A DNA stretch of 64,000 bases, taken from NCBI GenBank assembly GCA_045537905.1, contig JAZSQJ010000070.1, positions 5,628 through 69,627 of the forward strand, given 5' to 3'. This document shows positions 44,692 through 54,230 of the stretch, piece by piece. The DNA is from Eubacteriales bacterium (GTDB lineage Bacteria; Bacillota; Clostridia; Oscillospirales; CAG-382). Position 1 is the stretch's first letter; each line of letters starts with the position of its first letter. The notes beneath the pieces were generated by a model. The model ran no database searches and was not told the DNA's origin. It saw only the letters and a program-made list of their open reading frames with translations. A program made the translations under genes and the position numbers.

Positions 44692-44875
44692 GAGGACGCC
44701 GGTCCCTACAAGGTGCTACCCCTTACGCCCCATAAAAACCGTAACGCCGTCCTTAGCTGTACCACGGTGCTATTCGCCACGCCATATTATAACCCATTAC
44801 GGCGTGCAAAGCGTCACGCTCCCATCATAACCCCAAGGCGGTGTGCAAAGGGGCAATTAAATAATCACCTGAGGC

Positions 44876-44916
44876 AAAAGGGCAGGCTGTAAAACCCACG
44901 GTTTTACAGCCTGCCT
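44876..44916 (-). terminator. Rho-independent terminator of the esterase gene
   Basis: Perfect 16-bp stem ggcaggctgtaaaacc / ggttttacagcctgcc, followed on the minus strand by cttttg. Confidence 0.7.
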
Positions 44917-44927
44917 TACGCTTTTAT

Positions 44928-46193
44928 TTACTTCTTCTTTTTCTTACCGATAAGGATTGCCGTTATTGCGGCGCCGACGGCAAGGGCTCCGCCGAGGATG
45001 CCCAGAAGGGCACCTGTAGAGAGACCCTTTTTCTCTGTCTTTTGGGTGCTCTCGTCCCGGGAGGACTCCTCTATCTGCTTATCAAAAACAACCTTTACGC
45101 TGTAGTTTTTGCTTATCTCTGCCAGCTCGATATAAGCGACGCCTTCCTGGGGCACCACCGGTGCAACCTCGGTACCGTCAATGTAAACCTTGCCGTAGGT
45201 GTAGCCCTCGTCGGGAGTAAGCTCAACCCTTACGGTCTCGCCGCCCTTTACGTTGCTTACGCTCTTGCTTACCTCGCCCTCGCCCTCTACCTCGGTGGTA
45301 ACGGAGTATCTAAGGTTTTCAAAGAGCCACTGGAGGAGATAGGGGTCCTTAACGTCGGTCATTGCAGGGGTCCATACGTTATGGGTAACGCCTGCCATCT
45401 CGGTATACTTATAGTCGGTGGCGCCGGCCTTTTTAAGAGCCTCGTCCATATCACGGCTGCCCTGAACGGGTACTGCCGTGTCCTTATCGCCGTGGAACGC
45501 CCATATACGCTTGTCCTTGATACCCTCGGCGTAAGCGGGGTCACCGCCGCCGCACATAGGGATAAGGCCCCCAACTATCTCGGGGTGACGGAGTGCCAGG
45601 TCCCAGGCACCGTAGCCGCCCATGGAGATACCGCCCACAACGGTGTTCTCTACGGTAATGCCCTCCTTGGACTGCAAATCCGTTACCAGCTCGTAAACAA
45701 GCTGCTGGGGCTTGCTGATGGGAATAGAGTCTATACTGTAGCTGCAGGAGCTGTAGTTTGTGTCAACCCACTGGGCACCCTCGGGGCACTGGGGAGCCAC
45801 AACGATAAAGGGGTAATCTGCAAACAGAGTGTCACCCAGGTCGGAAACCATATAGTTTACCATAGTGGTCTGGTCCTTTATTTGCTGTTCGTTATTGTCG
45901 CCCTTACCGCCGCTGCCGTGGAGGAACACCAACAGTATAGCAGGGGTGTCCTTATCCTTCTTAAGGTAGGAGGGAGACTTGTAGATACGGTACTTAAGAG
46001 TGCCGTCGCTGCCTGTAAACTCAGCCGCCTCCATCTTTTCAAGAATAGCGGCTGCGGAAATGTTTCTGGGGTCGTCCTCCTCAAAGGCGCCGTAATCAAT
46101 AGTCTTGCCCGCCGCAAGAGCAGGAATAGAAAACACGCTCAGCGCCATACCTGCGATAGCGGTTACTGCCAAAAGCTTTACTAAACCTTTCAT
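44928..46193 (-). CDS. Secreted/membrane-tethered alpha/beta-hydrolase (esterase)
   Basis: Start MKGLVKLL (46193) after AAAGGAG; signal peptide. Nucleophile elbow GISMGG, HGDKD, VTHNVW; C-terminal TM helix plus KKKKK. Confidence 0.75.
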   Translation of the reverse strand: MKGLVKLLAVTAIAGMALSVFSIPALAAGKTIDYGAFEEDDPRNISAAAILEKMEAAEFTGSDGTLKYRIYKSPSYLKKDKDTPAILLVFLHGSGGKGDNNEQQIKDQTTMVNYMVSDLGDTLFADYPFIVVAPQCPEGAQWVDTNYSSCSYSIDSIPISKPQQLVYELVTDLQSKEGITVENTVVGGISMGGYGAWDLALRHPEIVGGLIPMCGGGDPAYAEGIKDKRIWAFHGDKDTAVPVQGSRDMDEALKKAGATDYKYTEMAGVTHNVWTPAMTDVKDPYLLQWLFENLRYSVTTEVEGEGEVSKSVSNVKGGETVRVELTPDEGYTYGKVYIDGTEVAPVVPQEGVAYIELAEISKNYSVKVVFDKQIEESSRDESTQKTEKKGLSTGALLGILGGALAVGAAITAILIGKKKKK

Positions 46194-46228
46194 AGTACAA
46201 ACTCCTTTTATTTTTTGTTTATAGCTTA

Positions 46229-49200
46229 TTATATACCAAAGTTTTGGATTTGGCAAGGGATAGCTTTATTAATTGACAAAGAATATAAATACGCCCTTTC
46301 TACCTTTATACCCGTAAGCTTTTCGATATACAGGCTGTAGAGGTAAAGCTGGGTGCCGTAACGCTCCGTAAGCACCGCCTCCCCGCCCTCCTTTACGTAG
46401 TCCGTCTTGTAGTCTACCAGGGTGTACGTGCCCTTATCGTTGATAAAGAAGCAGTCTATAACCCCCTGTACCAGCACGGACTCGCCCTCTGCGCCGAAAA
46501 GACGGGCAGGCAACTCCGTAGTAAAGCGTTTTTCCCTGTACACCTTGGGCGACGCCTTTATCTCGGCGTATAAGGGGGAGCCGAAAAAGCCTCTGAGAGC
46601 GTTAAAGTCAAGCCTGTCTCTGTCCTCGGCAGAGATAAAGCCCTTGTCGCACAGTCTTTTTGCCTCTGCCTCCCCATCCCGCTCAGCCTCCTTGTAGTTG
46701 GCAAACTGCAAAAAGGCGTGGGTAGCCGTGCCTATAAGGGCACCCGTGGAGGCACCGCCTCCAAGGAAGTCGGGCTTTCTGTCGGTAACAAGCTCCTCGG
46801 TGTCAAGACCCAGGGTGCCGTCCTCCATCCGCTTTACCCGGGACACGGAATACTTTGCGGTAACAAGCCTTGCAGAGGGGGGGAGCTCCTTCATATCGGG
46901 CAGGGGCGGGCATAGCTCTCCCCTTGCCATAGCGGAGGCGAGAACGGTGGCGGGTATCTCCGCCCCGCCGTCTGCCACCTTAAGCTCGTAGCTGTCGTCA
47001 CCGCCCTGGGCAAGGCAGGGCAAAAACAGGTCTGCCTGCTTTGAAGGCACGTATTTTACCTTGCTGAGATAGTCCTCCAGACTGTCGCTCAAAGCGGCGC
47101 TTATATAAAGCCTTTCCTTGGCACGGGTAAAGGCAACGTAAAACAGACGGTACTCCTCGGCAAGGATACGCTTGTCCTGCTCCCACACGCTAAGGTCAAA
47201 AAGCAGGGTGCTTATACGCCAGCCCTCCTTTTGGTTAGCCAGCTTAACGCTGACCCCCGTGCGGTAGTTGCTTAGCATAGAGTCGCTGTGGTGCATCTTC
47301 TTGATGGTGCCCATGGTGCCCATCACAAAGACCACGGGGTACTCCAGACCCTTGGAGCCGTGGATGGTCAGCAGTGAAACCGCCCCCTCCGCCTTGGCGG
47401 TTGCGGCTTTGGGACTGCGTCCCTCCTGCTCCAGCCTGTTTACGTACTCAACGAAGGCAGACACGCCCCTGTAGCTGTCGCCCGCCATACCCCCCGCAAG
47501 CTCGTACAGCATAAACAGGTTGTCCTTAAAGCGTTTTTCCTTCCCCTCGGGAGCAAACAGAAGCAAATGAGTATCCTCGTACAGGTACCATATAAGGCTG
47601 TGTACGGGCATAGCCAACGCCTTGGTGCGGTACAGACCCAGCCTGTCAAGGAAGGCTTTGCATTTTGCGCCCAGCTCACCCTCCGCCTCTGCACAGCCGC
47701 ACAGGTTGCCGTACAGGCTTATGCCCGTGCCGCCGCAGGCTCTTATCCGCACCAGCTCTGCCGCCGTAAAGCGGAAGATGGGACTGCGGAGTATAGCCGC
47801 CAGGGATATATCGTCCGTGGGGTTGTCTATAACGCGAAGCAGTGACAGGGCAAGCAAAACCTCTGCCTGACTAAGCAGCGTGTCGGCGGTTTTGTTTGCG
47901 GCACAGGGCACGCCCCTCTTTTCCAGGGCCAAGGCAAGCTTTTGCAGGTCTGCCGTCTCCCTGGTGAGTATGGCTATATCCTTAGGCTCGTAGCCCTCGT
48001 AGATGCATTTTACCACCTGCTCTGCCACGTAGTCTGCCTCTTTGTCCTTGTCTGCCCTTTCTATCACCGTAAGGCTGACCTTTTCCTTACCGGTTTTGTC
48101 CTTACCAAACTCCAGCCTCTCCTTGGTGTAGTCCGTGTCCGCACTCTTAAGGGTAAAGGTGCGGTCAAAGAGGTAGTTGCAAAACCGTATAATAGGCTTG
48201 TCACAGCGGAAGTTGTGGGTAAGGTAGATAACCGCCGTGTCCTTCTCCTCCTCTGCGGGAGCAAAGCTGTCACGGTAGCTCATAAATATATCGGGATAAG
48301 CGTCACGGAAGCCGTAGATGCTTTGCTTAAGGTCGCCTACCATAAAACGCCTGCCGCCGCCTATGGCTGTGAATATAGCGTCCTGCAAGGGACTTACGTC
48401 CTGATACTCGTCGATAAACACTTCCTTGTATGCAGAGGCAATACTCTTGCACAGGGAGGTTTTTACGTAGCCCTCCTCGGTCTTTTCAAGAAGCAGCTTC
48501 AGAAACAGCTGTTCTGCATCGGCAAAGTCTATCATACCACGCTCTGCCTTCAAACGGCTGTAATCCTCGTCCAGGCGTTTTACTGCCCTTGCCAGCGACT
48601 CCAGCACCCGTTTCGTGTGCCCGTACTCAGCCATAAGCTCCTCCTCGGTACGGGCAAGTTTTGCCAGAGCAAGACGCTCTGCACGGAAGCGGTTTGAGGC
48701 GGCGGTGTATTCCTCCCCCGTTTTGTTTGGCTTGCGGTAGGAGGGCTTTGTCCTTGCGGCGGCACAGAAGGCGGCGTAGCCCCTGTCTACGGCGGCCTCA
48801 AGCAGCTTGCAGTCCTCCTGCAGGGCAAGGGCGTAGTCACCCTCCTTGTCGCTCTCTGCATAAGCCTCTACCTCGGCTCCGTAGCCTCTCAGCTCTTCTA
48901 TCTTCTCCTTAAGCAGTCCCTTCATAAGAGCGCCTCGGTGGCAATGAAAAAACTCGCCCTGCTTTAAGACCTCCATCTCCTCACGGTGCTTTGCAAGCAT
49001 TTCATCCAGCCAGTCAAGGTAAAAGGGATACTTACGCATACTGCCGTAAAGCCCCGTCATTACCCCTATAAGCCCCTTGTCGTTTTTGAAGGCGGCAAAA
49101 TTATCCAGAAGCAGGTCTGCGTCGGGGTCGTCCCTGTCGCACAGCTCCGTAATAATATTGTCTGCGGCGGCGGCAAGCAGAGTCTCGCACAAGGCCTCGT

Positions 49201-49567
49201 CCCCTACGGCAACGCCCTTGTTAAGCCCCAGCACTGCGGCGTTTTCCTTTACGTGACGGAGACAAAAGCTGTCTATGGTGCCTATGGCGGCACCGGGCAA
49301 AGCGTAAAGCATCTTCCTGTATCGGGGCTCGTCCTTTTCCTTATCAATAAGCTCCTCCAGCAGTCCGCCCAGCTTCCGTCTCAGGTCGGCGGCAGACTCC
49401 TTAGTAAAGGTCACTATCAAAAAATCCTTAAGAGCGTCACCTGCCAACAGCTTTTGGCTTATCCTCTGGGTAAGGACGGTGGTCTTACCGCTGCCTGCGC
49501 CTGCAGACACAAGCACGTCCCTCGTGGCAATATCCATAGCCCTTTGTTGCATAGGTGTATAACTCAT
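46229..49567 (-). CDS. addA: ATP-dependent helicase/nuclease AddA
   Basis: UvrD-type Walker A SAGAGSGKT, DEYQDVS. C-terminal RecB-type nuclease motif GVIDCFF...LVDYKTD. Confidence 0.93.
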   Translation of the reverse strand: MSYTPMQQRAMDIATRDVLVSAGAGSGKTTVLTQRISQKLLAGDALKDFLIVTFTKESAADLRRKLGGLLEELIDKEKDEPRYRKMLYALPGAAIGTIDSFCLRHVKENAAVLGLNKGVAVGDEALCETLLAAAADNIITELCDRDDPDADLLLDNFAAFKNDKGLIGVMTGLYGSMRKYPFYLDWLDEMLAKHREEMEVLKQGEFFHCHRGALMKGLLKEKIEELRGYGAEVEAYAESDKEGDYALALQEDCKLLEAAVDRGYAAFCAAARTKPSYRKPNKTGEEYTAASNRFRAERLALAKLARTEEELMAEYGHTKRVLESLARAVKRLDEDYSRLKAERGMIDFADAEQLFLKLLLEKTEEGYVKTSLCKSIASAYKEVFIDEYQDVSPLQDAIFTAIGGGRRFMVGDLKQSIYGFRDAYPDIFMSYRDSFAPAEEEKDTAVIYLTHNFRCDKPIIRFCNYLFDRTFTLKSADTDYTKERLEFGKDKTGKEKVSLTVIERADKDKEADYVAEQVVKCIYEGYEPKDIAILTRETADLQKLALALEKRGVPCAANKTADTLLSQAEVLLALSLLRVIDNPTDDISLAAILRSPIFRFTAAELVRIRACGGTGISLYGNLCGCAEAEGELGAKCKAFLDRLGLYRTKALAMPVHSLIWYLYEDTHLLLFAPEGKEKRFKDNLFMLYELAGGMAGDSYRGVSAFVEYVNRLEQEGRSPKAATAKAEGAVSLLTIHGSKGLEYPVVFVMGTMGTIKKMHHSDSMLSNYRTGVSVKLANQKEGWRISTLLFDLSVWEQDKRILAEEYRLFYVAFTRAKERLYISAALSDSLEDYLSKVKYVPSKQADLFLPCLAQGGDDSYELKVADGGAEIPATVLASAMARGELCPPLPDMKELPPSARLVTAKYSVSRVKRMEDGTLGLDTEELVTDRKPDFLGGGASTGALIGTATHAFLQFANYKEAERDGEAEAKRLCDKGFISAEDRDRLDFNALRGFFGSPLYAEIKASPKVYREKRFTTELPARLFGAEGESVLVQGVIDCFFINDKGTYTLVDYKTDYVKEGGEAVLTERYGTQLYLYSLYIEKLTGIKVERAYLYSLSINKAIPCQIQNFGI

Positions 49568-49581
49568 TGTCCTTACCTCCT

Positions 49582-52500
49582 TTACTTTTTGTTTTTGCTT
49601 GGCTTACGCACACGGCAAGCCTCGGCAAAGTCACAGTAGTCGCAGTCCATCTCCCTTTTCTTGAAGCATTCTGCGTCCATCTGCCCTGCGGCTATCCTGT
49701 CTGCCGTTTCGGTTATATGTCCGTAAACCGTGGCTTTAAGCTCATCAAAGCCTTTAGTGTCCAGCTTGTTTCTCATACGGCTGAAACGCTCACCCATAGC
49801 CTTTATCACGGCACCGTCCCCGTTGATAAGCCCTTTTTGGGAGGGCGCCTTTCCGTCCTTGGGCAGTCCTATCTCACGGTACAGCACCCCTGCGGGCAGA
49901 GGCTTGCCCTCTCCGTTATCGCAGTAGGCAAAGAGGTAGGAAAACATCTGCAGTCCCTCTCCGTGGGCAAGTCCCTCCACGCTTACAGAGTGCTCACTGC
50001 TCTTGTAGTCTACCACCCTGGCGTACTTTTTGCCGTCGATTACCGCAGTATCAAGGCGGTCGATACTGCCCGATATCTTAACGTCGATACCCCCGCCGCT
50101 TATGAGACGGGGCGGTGACAGGTCTGCGTCCTCTCCCGTGCCTATCCGCACCTCAAAGCCCTGAGGGATAAAGTCGCTTTCCGCAAACTCCTTATCCATA
50201 TCCTCGCATACGAACACCGCCGCATTCTGCAGTCTGCCAAGAAGCTTTTTCAGCCTCTTTGGAACCGTGTCGGGCATAATCTCCTTTATATACGCCTCCG
50301 ACAGGTCCGCCAGCTCCTTTTCTATCTGCGGTCTTTCCACGGGGAGGTATACCCCCGTTTCCACACGCTTTTTTACGTAGTTTTCCACCAGATGGTGCAG
50401 GTAGGTACCGCTGTCCATAGAGGAAAAGCTAAGACGGCGGTCGTCCTTCAGCTTAAGCACGTACTTCATAAGATAGGCAAAGCCGCAGTTGTTGTAGCAG
50501 TCTACCCTGGAATAAGAGATATACATACGGCTGATTTTGTTTTCGTCAATAATCGCCTGCCTGTCCTGCAGGGGCGGCGCCTGTGTAAGCAGCGCCTTTA
50601 TCCCTTCGTCCTTGCAAAGGTGGGCGGTAAGGGCTGCCTTAAGCGCCTTGTTCTTCAGGTAGGGCAAGGCGTCCAGGGCACTCTTGGGGCAAAACATATA
50701 GTCCCGTCCGTCCTCACCGAAGGTACGCCACTCCTTCACGCCGTAGAGCTTGCACATAGCGGAAAACAGAGGGGAGCGACGGGTAACGCCGTCGGATATA
50801 TGGCTTACAAACAGATAGTCTGAGGCAGAAGCGGCACAGTTGTAGAAGAAAAACCGCTCCTCGTTTACCGCCTTGTCCGTCTCTGGCAGTAAGGACACGC
50901 CCTCCTCCTCCAGAAACGCACTTTCCTTAGCGGAGAACACACCGCTTTTTTCGGGCAGGGAGGGAAACTCACCCTCGTTTACACCCAGTATTATCATAGC
51001 CTTAACACCGTCGGCACGCATAAGCCTTGCGTCGCCTACGTCCACCGCATCCGTATAGGAGGGGATAGCGCCTATGGCAGTGCTTTCCAGCATCGCCTCC
51101 AGTATAAGGTGCAGTCCTGCCGCAGTGATGGGTTTTTTACCGATAAGGCTGTCCAGACGCTCCATTATCCCTATAAGACACTCCCAAAGAGAGGCAGTTT
51201 TTGCAGCTCCGTCAGCGTCGCCTGACTCTATAAGCCGCCGTGCCGCCTGCCTTAGCTTGTCGGGCGCTCCGCACTCTACAAGGTGGGCGTATATCAGCCG
51301 TACCGCCTTACCTACCGTAAGCTCCTTGCTCTTAAGCTCCTCTATAAGGGGCATAAGGGACTGGGAAAGCTTTGCCTTTGCCTCGTTTATGCTCCTTAGC
51401 TTTGCCTCGGCATCGGGGCTGAAATCACGCTTGTAGCCCTCCGGGTTCATCAGCCAGGGTTTTTCGTTTATAAGTGCCTTGCCCTTGATATCCCAGGACT
51501 CGGCATAGCGGATAAGCACGTCCGCCTCCCGGTTCTCCAGGACGGAAAAGGTGGTTTTAAGATACTTTTTAAGGGAGGAAAGCTGTATACGCCCCTGTGC
51601 CAGCTCCAACAGTGCCAGCACCGCACCGGACAAGGGCCCCGATGCGGCACTGTCCTTCACACCGAAATACATAGGTATGCCGTAGCCTGCAAGGACCGTA
51701 TCCAGTATGCCTGCGTAGGAGGCAGGGTTGCGGAGCGCTATGGCTATCTCTCCAAAGCCAAGCCCCTTGTCACGGAGGGAGTATATAACGCTTGCCGCAT
51801 ACAACGCCTCCTCGTAGCGGCTTGTGCAGGCAACCAGATCTATGCCCTGCGCCTCTCCGCCGTAAGGCGCCGCCCCGGAAAAGCCCACGCTCTCCCCGTA
51901 TTTTATAGCATCGTTTTTAATGCGGTAATTTGTATCAAAGGTTTTGCTTTCGCTCTCGCCGCTGTAAAGCCTGTCTATGCTTTTGATACAGTTGGCGGTG
52001 CTGTCAAAAAGGCCGCTGCCGTCGTCGCTGTCACCCGTAAAGCTGATATAAAGCTCGGCGGCGTTGTCTGCCATAAGCTTAATAACCTCTAGCTGTTGGG
52101 GGGTGTAGCTGTAGATGCCGTCTATAAACACAGCCTTGCCACGGAAAAAGCCGCCTGCCCCCTCGGTATGTACAAGTCTGGTAAGAAAGTCGTCGTCATC
52201 CAGCCTGTCCTCCCCAAGCAGCCTCTGGTACTCAGCGTAAATAAGGGCGGTTTCCTTAAGCTTTTGCACCAGGCTTGCCTCTACCCCTGCCTTTTTCTCC
52301 ATTCGGCAGGCTATATCCGCAAGCATAGAGGCGGTAATATTAAGCCGTTTAAGGGAGCTTACGGTAGCGGAAAGGTCCTTTAGCGCTCCTCTGCCCAAGG
52401 AGGTAAAGGTTTTAAGCCTGTCTCCCAGGGCGTCCACTGCCGCCGCTATCAGTACGCACCTGCCGGTGCCGTCTACGGTCTTGCTATGTACGCCCCCCAC

Positions 52501-52716
52501 CTCACGGAACACACGGTCGGGCAGTCTTTCAAAATTAAGCACCTCGGTGCCCAGGTCTGCCGCCGCCCGCCTTTCCAAAAGCAGCTCCGTATCCATACTG
52601 TTCTGCTCGGGCACCAAAAAAAGGCAGTCCATACCCATGGACTGCGCCTCTTTCAGACAGCTTATCATATATTCGGTTTTTCCGCTTCCGCTTCTTCCAA
52701 CTATCCTGTGTAGCAT
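49582..52716 (-). CDS. addB: ATP-dependent helicase/nuclease AddB
   Basis: Start MLHRIVGRSGSGKT (52716; the ORF track extension to 52890 overlaps spoIIR). Nuclease motif GSIDRLD...VVDYKSS. C-terminal Cys cluster (CDYCDFAEAC) for the Fe-S centre. Confidence 0.92.
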   Translation of the reverse strand: MLHRIVGRSGSGKTEYMISCLKEAQSMGMDCLFLVPEQNSMDTELLLERRAAADLGTEVLNFERLPDRVFREVGGVHSKTVDGTGRCVLIAAAVDALGDRLKTFTSLGRGALKDLSATVSSLKRLNITASMLADIACRMEKKAGVEASLVQKLKETALIYAEYQRLLGEDRLDDDDFLTRLVHTEGAGGFFRGKAVFIDGIYSYTPQQLEVIKLMADNAAELYISFTGDSDDGSGLFDSTANCIKSIDRLYSGESESKTFDTNYRIKNDAIKYGESVGFSGAAPYGGEAQGIDLVACTSRYEEALYAASVIYSLRDKGLGFGEIAIALRNPASYAGILDTVLAGYGIPMYFGVKDSAASGPLSGAVLALLELAQGRIQLSSLKKYLKTTFSVLENREADVLIRYAESWDIKGKALINEKPWLMNPEGYKRDFSPDAEAKLRSINEAKAKLSQSLMPLIEELKSKELTVGKAVRLIYAHLVECGAPDKLRQAARRLIESGDADGAAKTASLWECLIGIMERLDSLIGKKPITAAGLHLILEAMLESTAIGAIPSYTDAVDVGDARLMRADGVKAMIILGVNEGEFPSLPEKSGVFSAKESAFLEEEGVSLLPETDKAVNEERFFFYNCAASASDYLFVSHISDGVTRRSPLFSAMCKLYGVKEWRTFGEDGRDYMFCPKSALDALPYLKNKALKAALTAHLCKDEGIKALLTQAPPLQDRQAIIDENKISRMYISYSRVDCYNNCGFAYLMKYVLKLKDDRRLSFSSMDSGTYLHHLVENYVKKRVETGVYLPVERPQIEKELADLSEAYIKEIMPDTVPKRLKKLLGRLQNAAVFVCEDMDKEFAESDFIPQGFEVRIGTGEDADLSPPRLISGGGIDVKISGSIDRLDTAVIDGKKYARVVDYKSSEHSVSVEGLAHGEGLQMFSYLFAYCDNGEGKPLPAGVLYREIGLPKDGKAPSQKGLINGDGAVIKAMGERFSRMRNKLDTKGFDELKATVYGHITETADRIAAGQMDAECFKKREMDCDYCDFAEACRVRKPSKNKK

Positions 52717-52735
52717 AATACGCCTCTTTTCTACG

Positions 52736-53302
52736 TCAGCTAAACAGCTCCAGTAGCTTAAAACGGAAGCTGTAGCGTTTTGTTTTGGCATCAAATACCT
52801 GCCCGTCCTTAAGGTATAGCTTTGAGGCAGAGCCGAGACAAAGGGGTGGAAACAGCACGCACCACCAGTTTTGTCCCTCTCCCTCACCAAGCGCTATACG
52901 GAGGGACAGGTACTCCCCCTCAGGCAGTCTCAGGTCGCCGTAGACCCTGGTTGGGTAGTCCTCCCTGCCGAAGGCGTAGCTTGCCCTGTAGGGTACGCCT
53001 TCTGCGGCAAGGACGGCGTTGGCGGTCTCTACCGCCTGCTGTGCCGCCTGCTCTATGCTCTCTACCGCCTCGCCCAGGCTGTCTGCGCCCTCAAAGACCC
53101 CTGCCTTGAGGATAGCGTCCCTTACCTTAAGCTTTACCGCCTGGTCGGTCTCCCCGTCAGAGTTTGCCAGTATATGCAGTCTTACCAGACTGTCGTAGAC
53201 CTCCCCCTCCTCGCCGGGCAGAAAAAGGTCGCAAAACAGTACCGTAAGCAAGCAAAGACTAAGGCAAAGCGCCAGCCTTTTAAGGGTAATTTGTTTTTTC
53301 AT
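52736..53302 (-). CDS. spoIIR: Stage II sporulation protein R
   Basis: Signal sequence; LVRLHILANSDGETDQAVKLKVRDAIL; NWWCVLFPPLC. Confidence 0.9.
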   Translation of the reverse strand: MKKQITLKRLALCLSLCLLTVLFCDLFLPGEEGEVYDSLVRLHILANSDGETDQAVKLKVRDAILKAGVFEGADSLGEAVESIEQAAQQAVETANAVLAAEGVPYRASYAFGREDYPTRVYGDLRLPEGEYLSLRIALGEGEGQNWWCVLFPPLCLGSASKLYLKDGQVFDAKTKRYSFRFKLLELFS

Positions 53303-53390
53303 AGTCCACCGTCGGTGGCTGTTATTATGTAGCCGCCGTTCTCCTTTCTATAAGGAGTATTGACGGCTTTTTTCACGTTTATTCAGTTTT

Positions 53391-54230
53391 TTATAATGCG
53401 CTTACCGTCTGGCAGAACCTGCCCCTTACCGCCTTGGCACACTTTCTTGCCGCCGCCTCCTCGGTAAACACGCCGTACACCGTAGGCCCCTTGCCCGTAA
53501 GACCTACGTATACCGCACCCTTTTCACGCAGAGCCTTCAGGTTACGCTCTACCGCAGGGCACGCCTCCTTAGCCACCCCGAGGAAGCTGTTTGCCGTAAG
53601 AGCCGCCGCAGCCTCTACGTCCCCATCAAGGAACGCCTTGCGGCAAGCCTTGGCGTCCGCAGGGCTTTTCTGCCCCTTATCCAGGGCGGCGTACATCTTA
53701 GGCGTAGACAGGGGAGTGCGGTCAAAGATAAGCACGTAGTACAGCTTAAGGTCGGGTAGCTGCTCCAGCCTGTCTCCAATCCCCTTAGCAAAGGCACTGC
53801 CGCCCCTTATGCAAAAGGGCACGTCTGCACCTAATACGGCGCTCAGTCCGGCAAGGGCGCCCAAGCTGAAGGGTCTGCCGTAGAGACGGTTAAGTCCACG
53901 AAGCACTGCGGCGGCGTCTGCACTGCCGCCCCCAAGACCTGCGCACACGGGTATGCTTTTCTGCAGCTCTATCTCCACGCCCCCCGTCTTGCCCCACTCC
54001 TTAAAAAACAGCTCTGCCGCCTTGTAGGCAAGGTTGCGGCTGTCCGTGGGGATACGGCTGTGACCCGCCTTAAGGCTTATACCCTTTTCCGCCCTTTTAA
54101 GCACCACCGTGTCGCACAGGCTTACGCTTTGCATTACGCTTTGTACGGCGTGGTAGCCGTTTTCCAGGGTCTCGCCCACCTCCAGGCAAAGGTTTAGCTT
54201 GGCAAAGGCTTTTTCCGTTATCTTTATCAT
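53391..54230 (-). CDS. ispE: 4-diphosphocytidyl-2-C-methyl-D-erythritol kinase
   Basis: Start MIKITEKAFAKLNL (54230; ATGA overlap with the upstream gene). GHMP kinase motif PVCAGLGGGSADAAA. Confidence 0.92.
   Translation of the reverse strand: MIKITEKAFAKLNLCLEVGETLENGYHAVQSVMQSVSLCDTVVLKRAEKGISLKAGHSRIPTDSRNLAYKAAELFFKEWGKTGGVEIELQKSIPVCAGLGGGSADAAAVLRGLNRLYGRPFSLGALAGLSAVLGADVPFCIRGGSAFAKGIGDRLEQLPDLKLYYVLIFDRTPLSTPKMYAALDKGQKSPADAKACRKAFLDGDVEAAAALTANSFLGVAKEACPAVERNLKALREKGAVYVGLTGKGPTVYGVFTEEAAARKCAKAVRGRFCQTVSAL

Noticed and set aside
44614-44892. 92-aa ORF running from the IS481 right end into the flank, and the ACGCC/GGCGT-rich 180 bp between the IS and the esterase terminator.
   Set aside because: The ORF crosses the IS boundary, has no RBS and has no motif. 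The flank shows only short imperfect inverted repeats that I cannot relate to any other sequence in the window.
53360-53397. TTGACG ... TATAAT promoter-like hexamers upstream of spoIIR/ispE junction sequences, and a CATAATA box upstream of spoIIR.
   Set aside because: The plus-strand hexamers are 26 nt apart and point into the 3' end of ispE. The minus-strand CATAATA lacks a convincing -35 GHATR partner at 17-18 nt, so no sigma-F/G promoter call is made for spoIIR.
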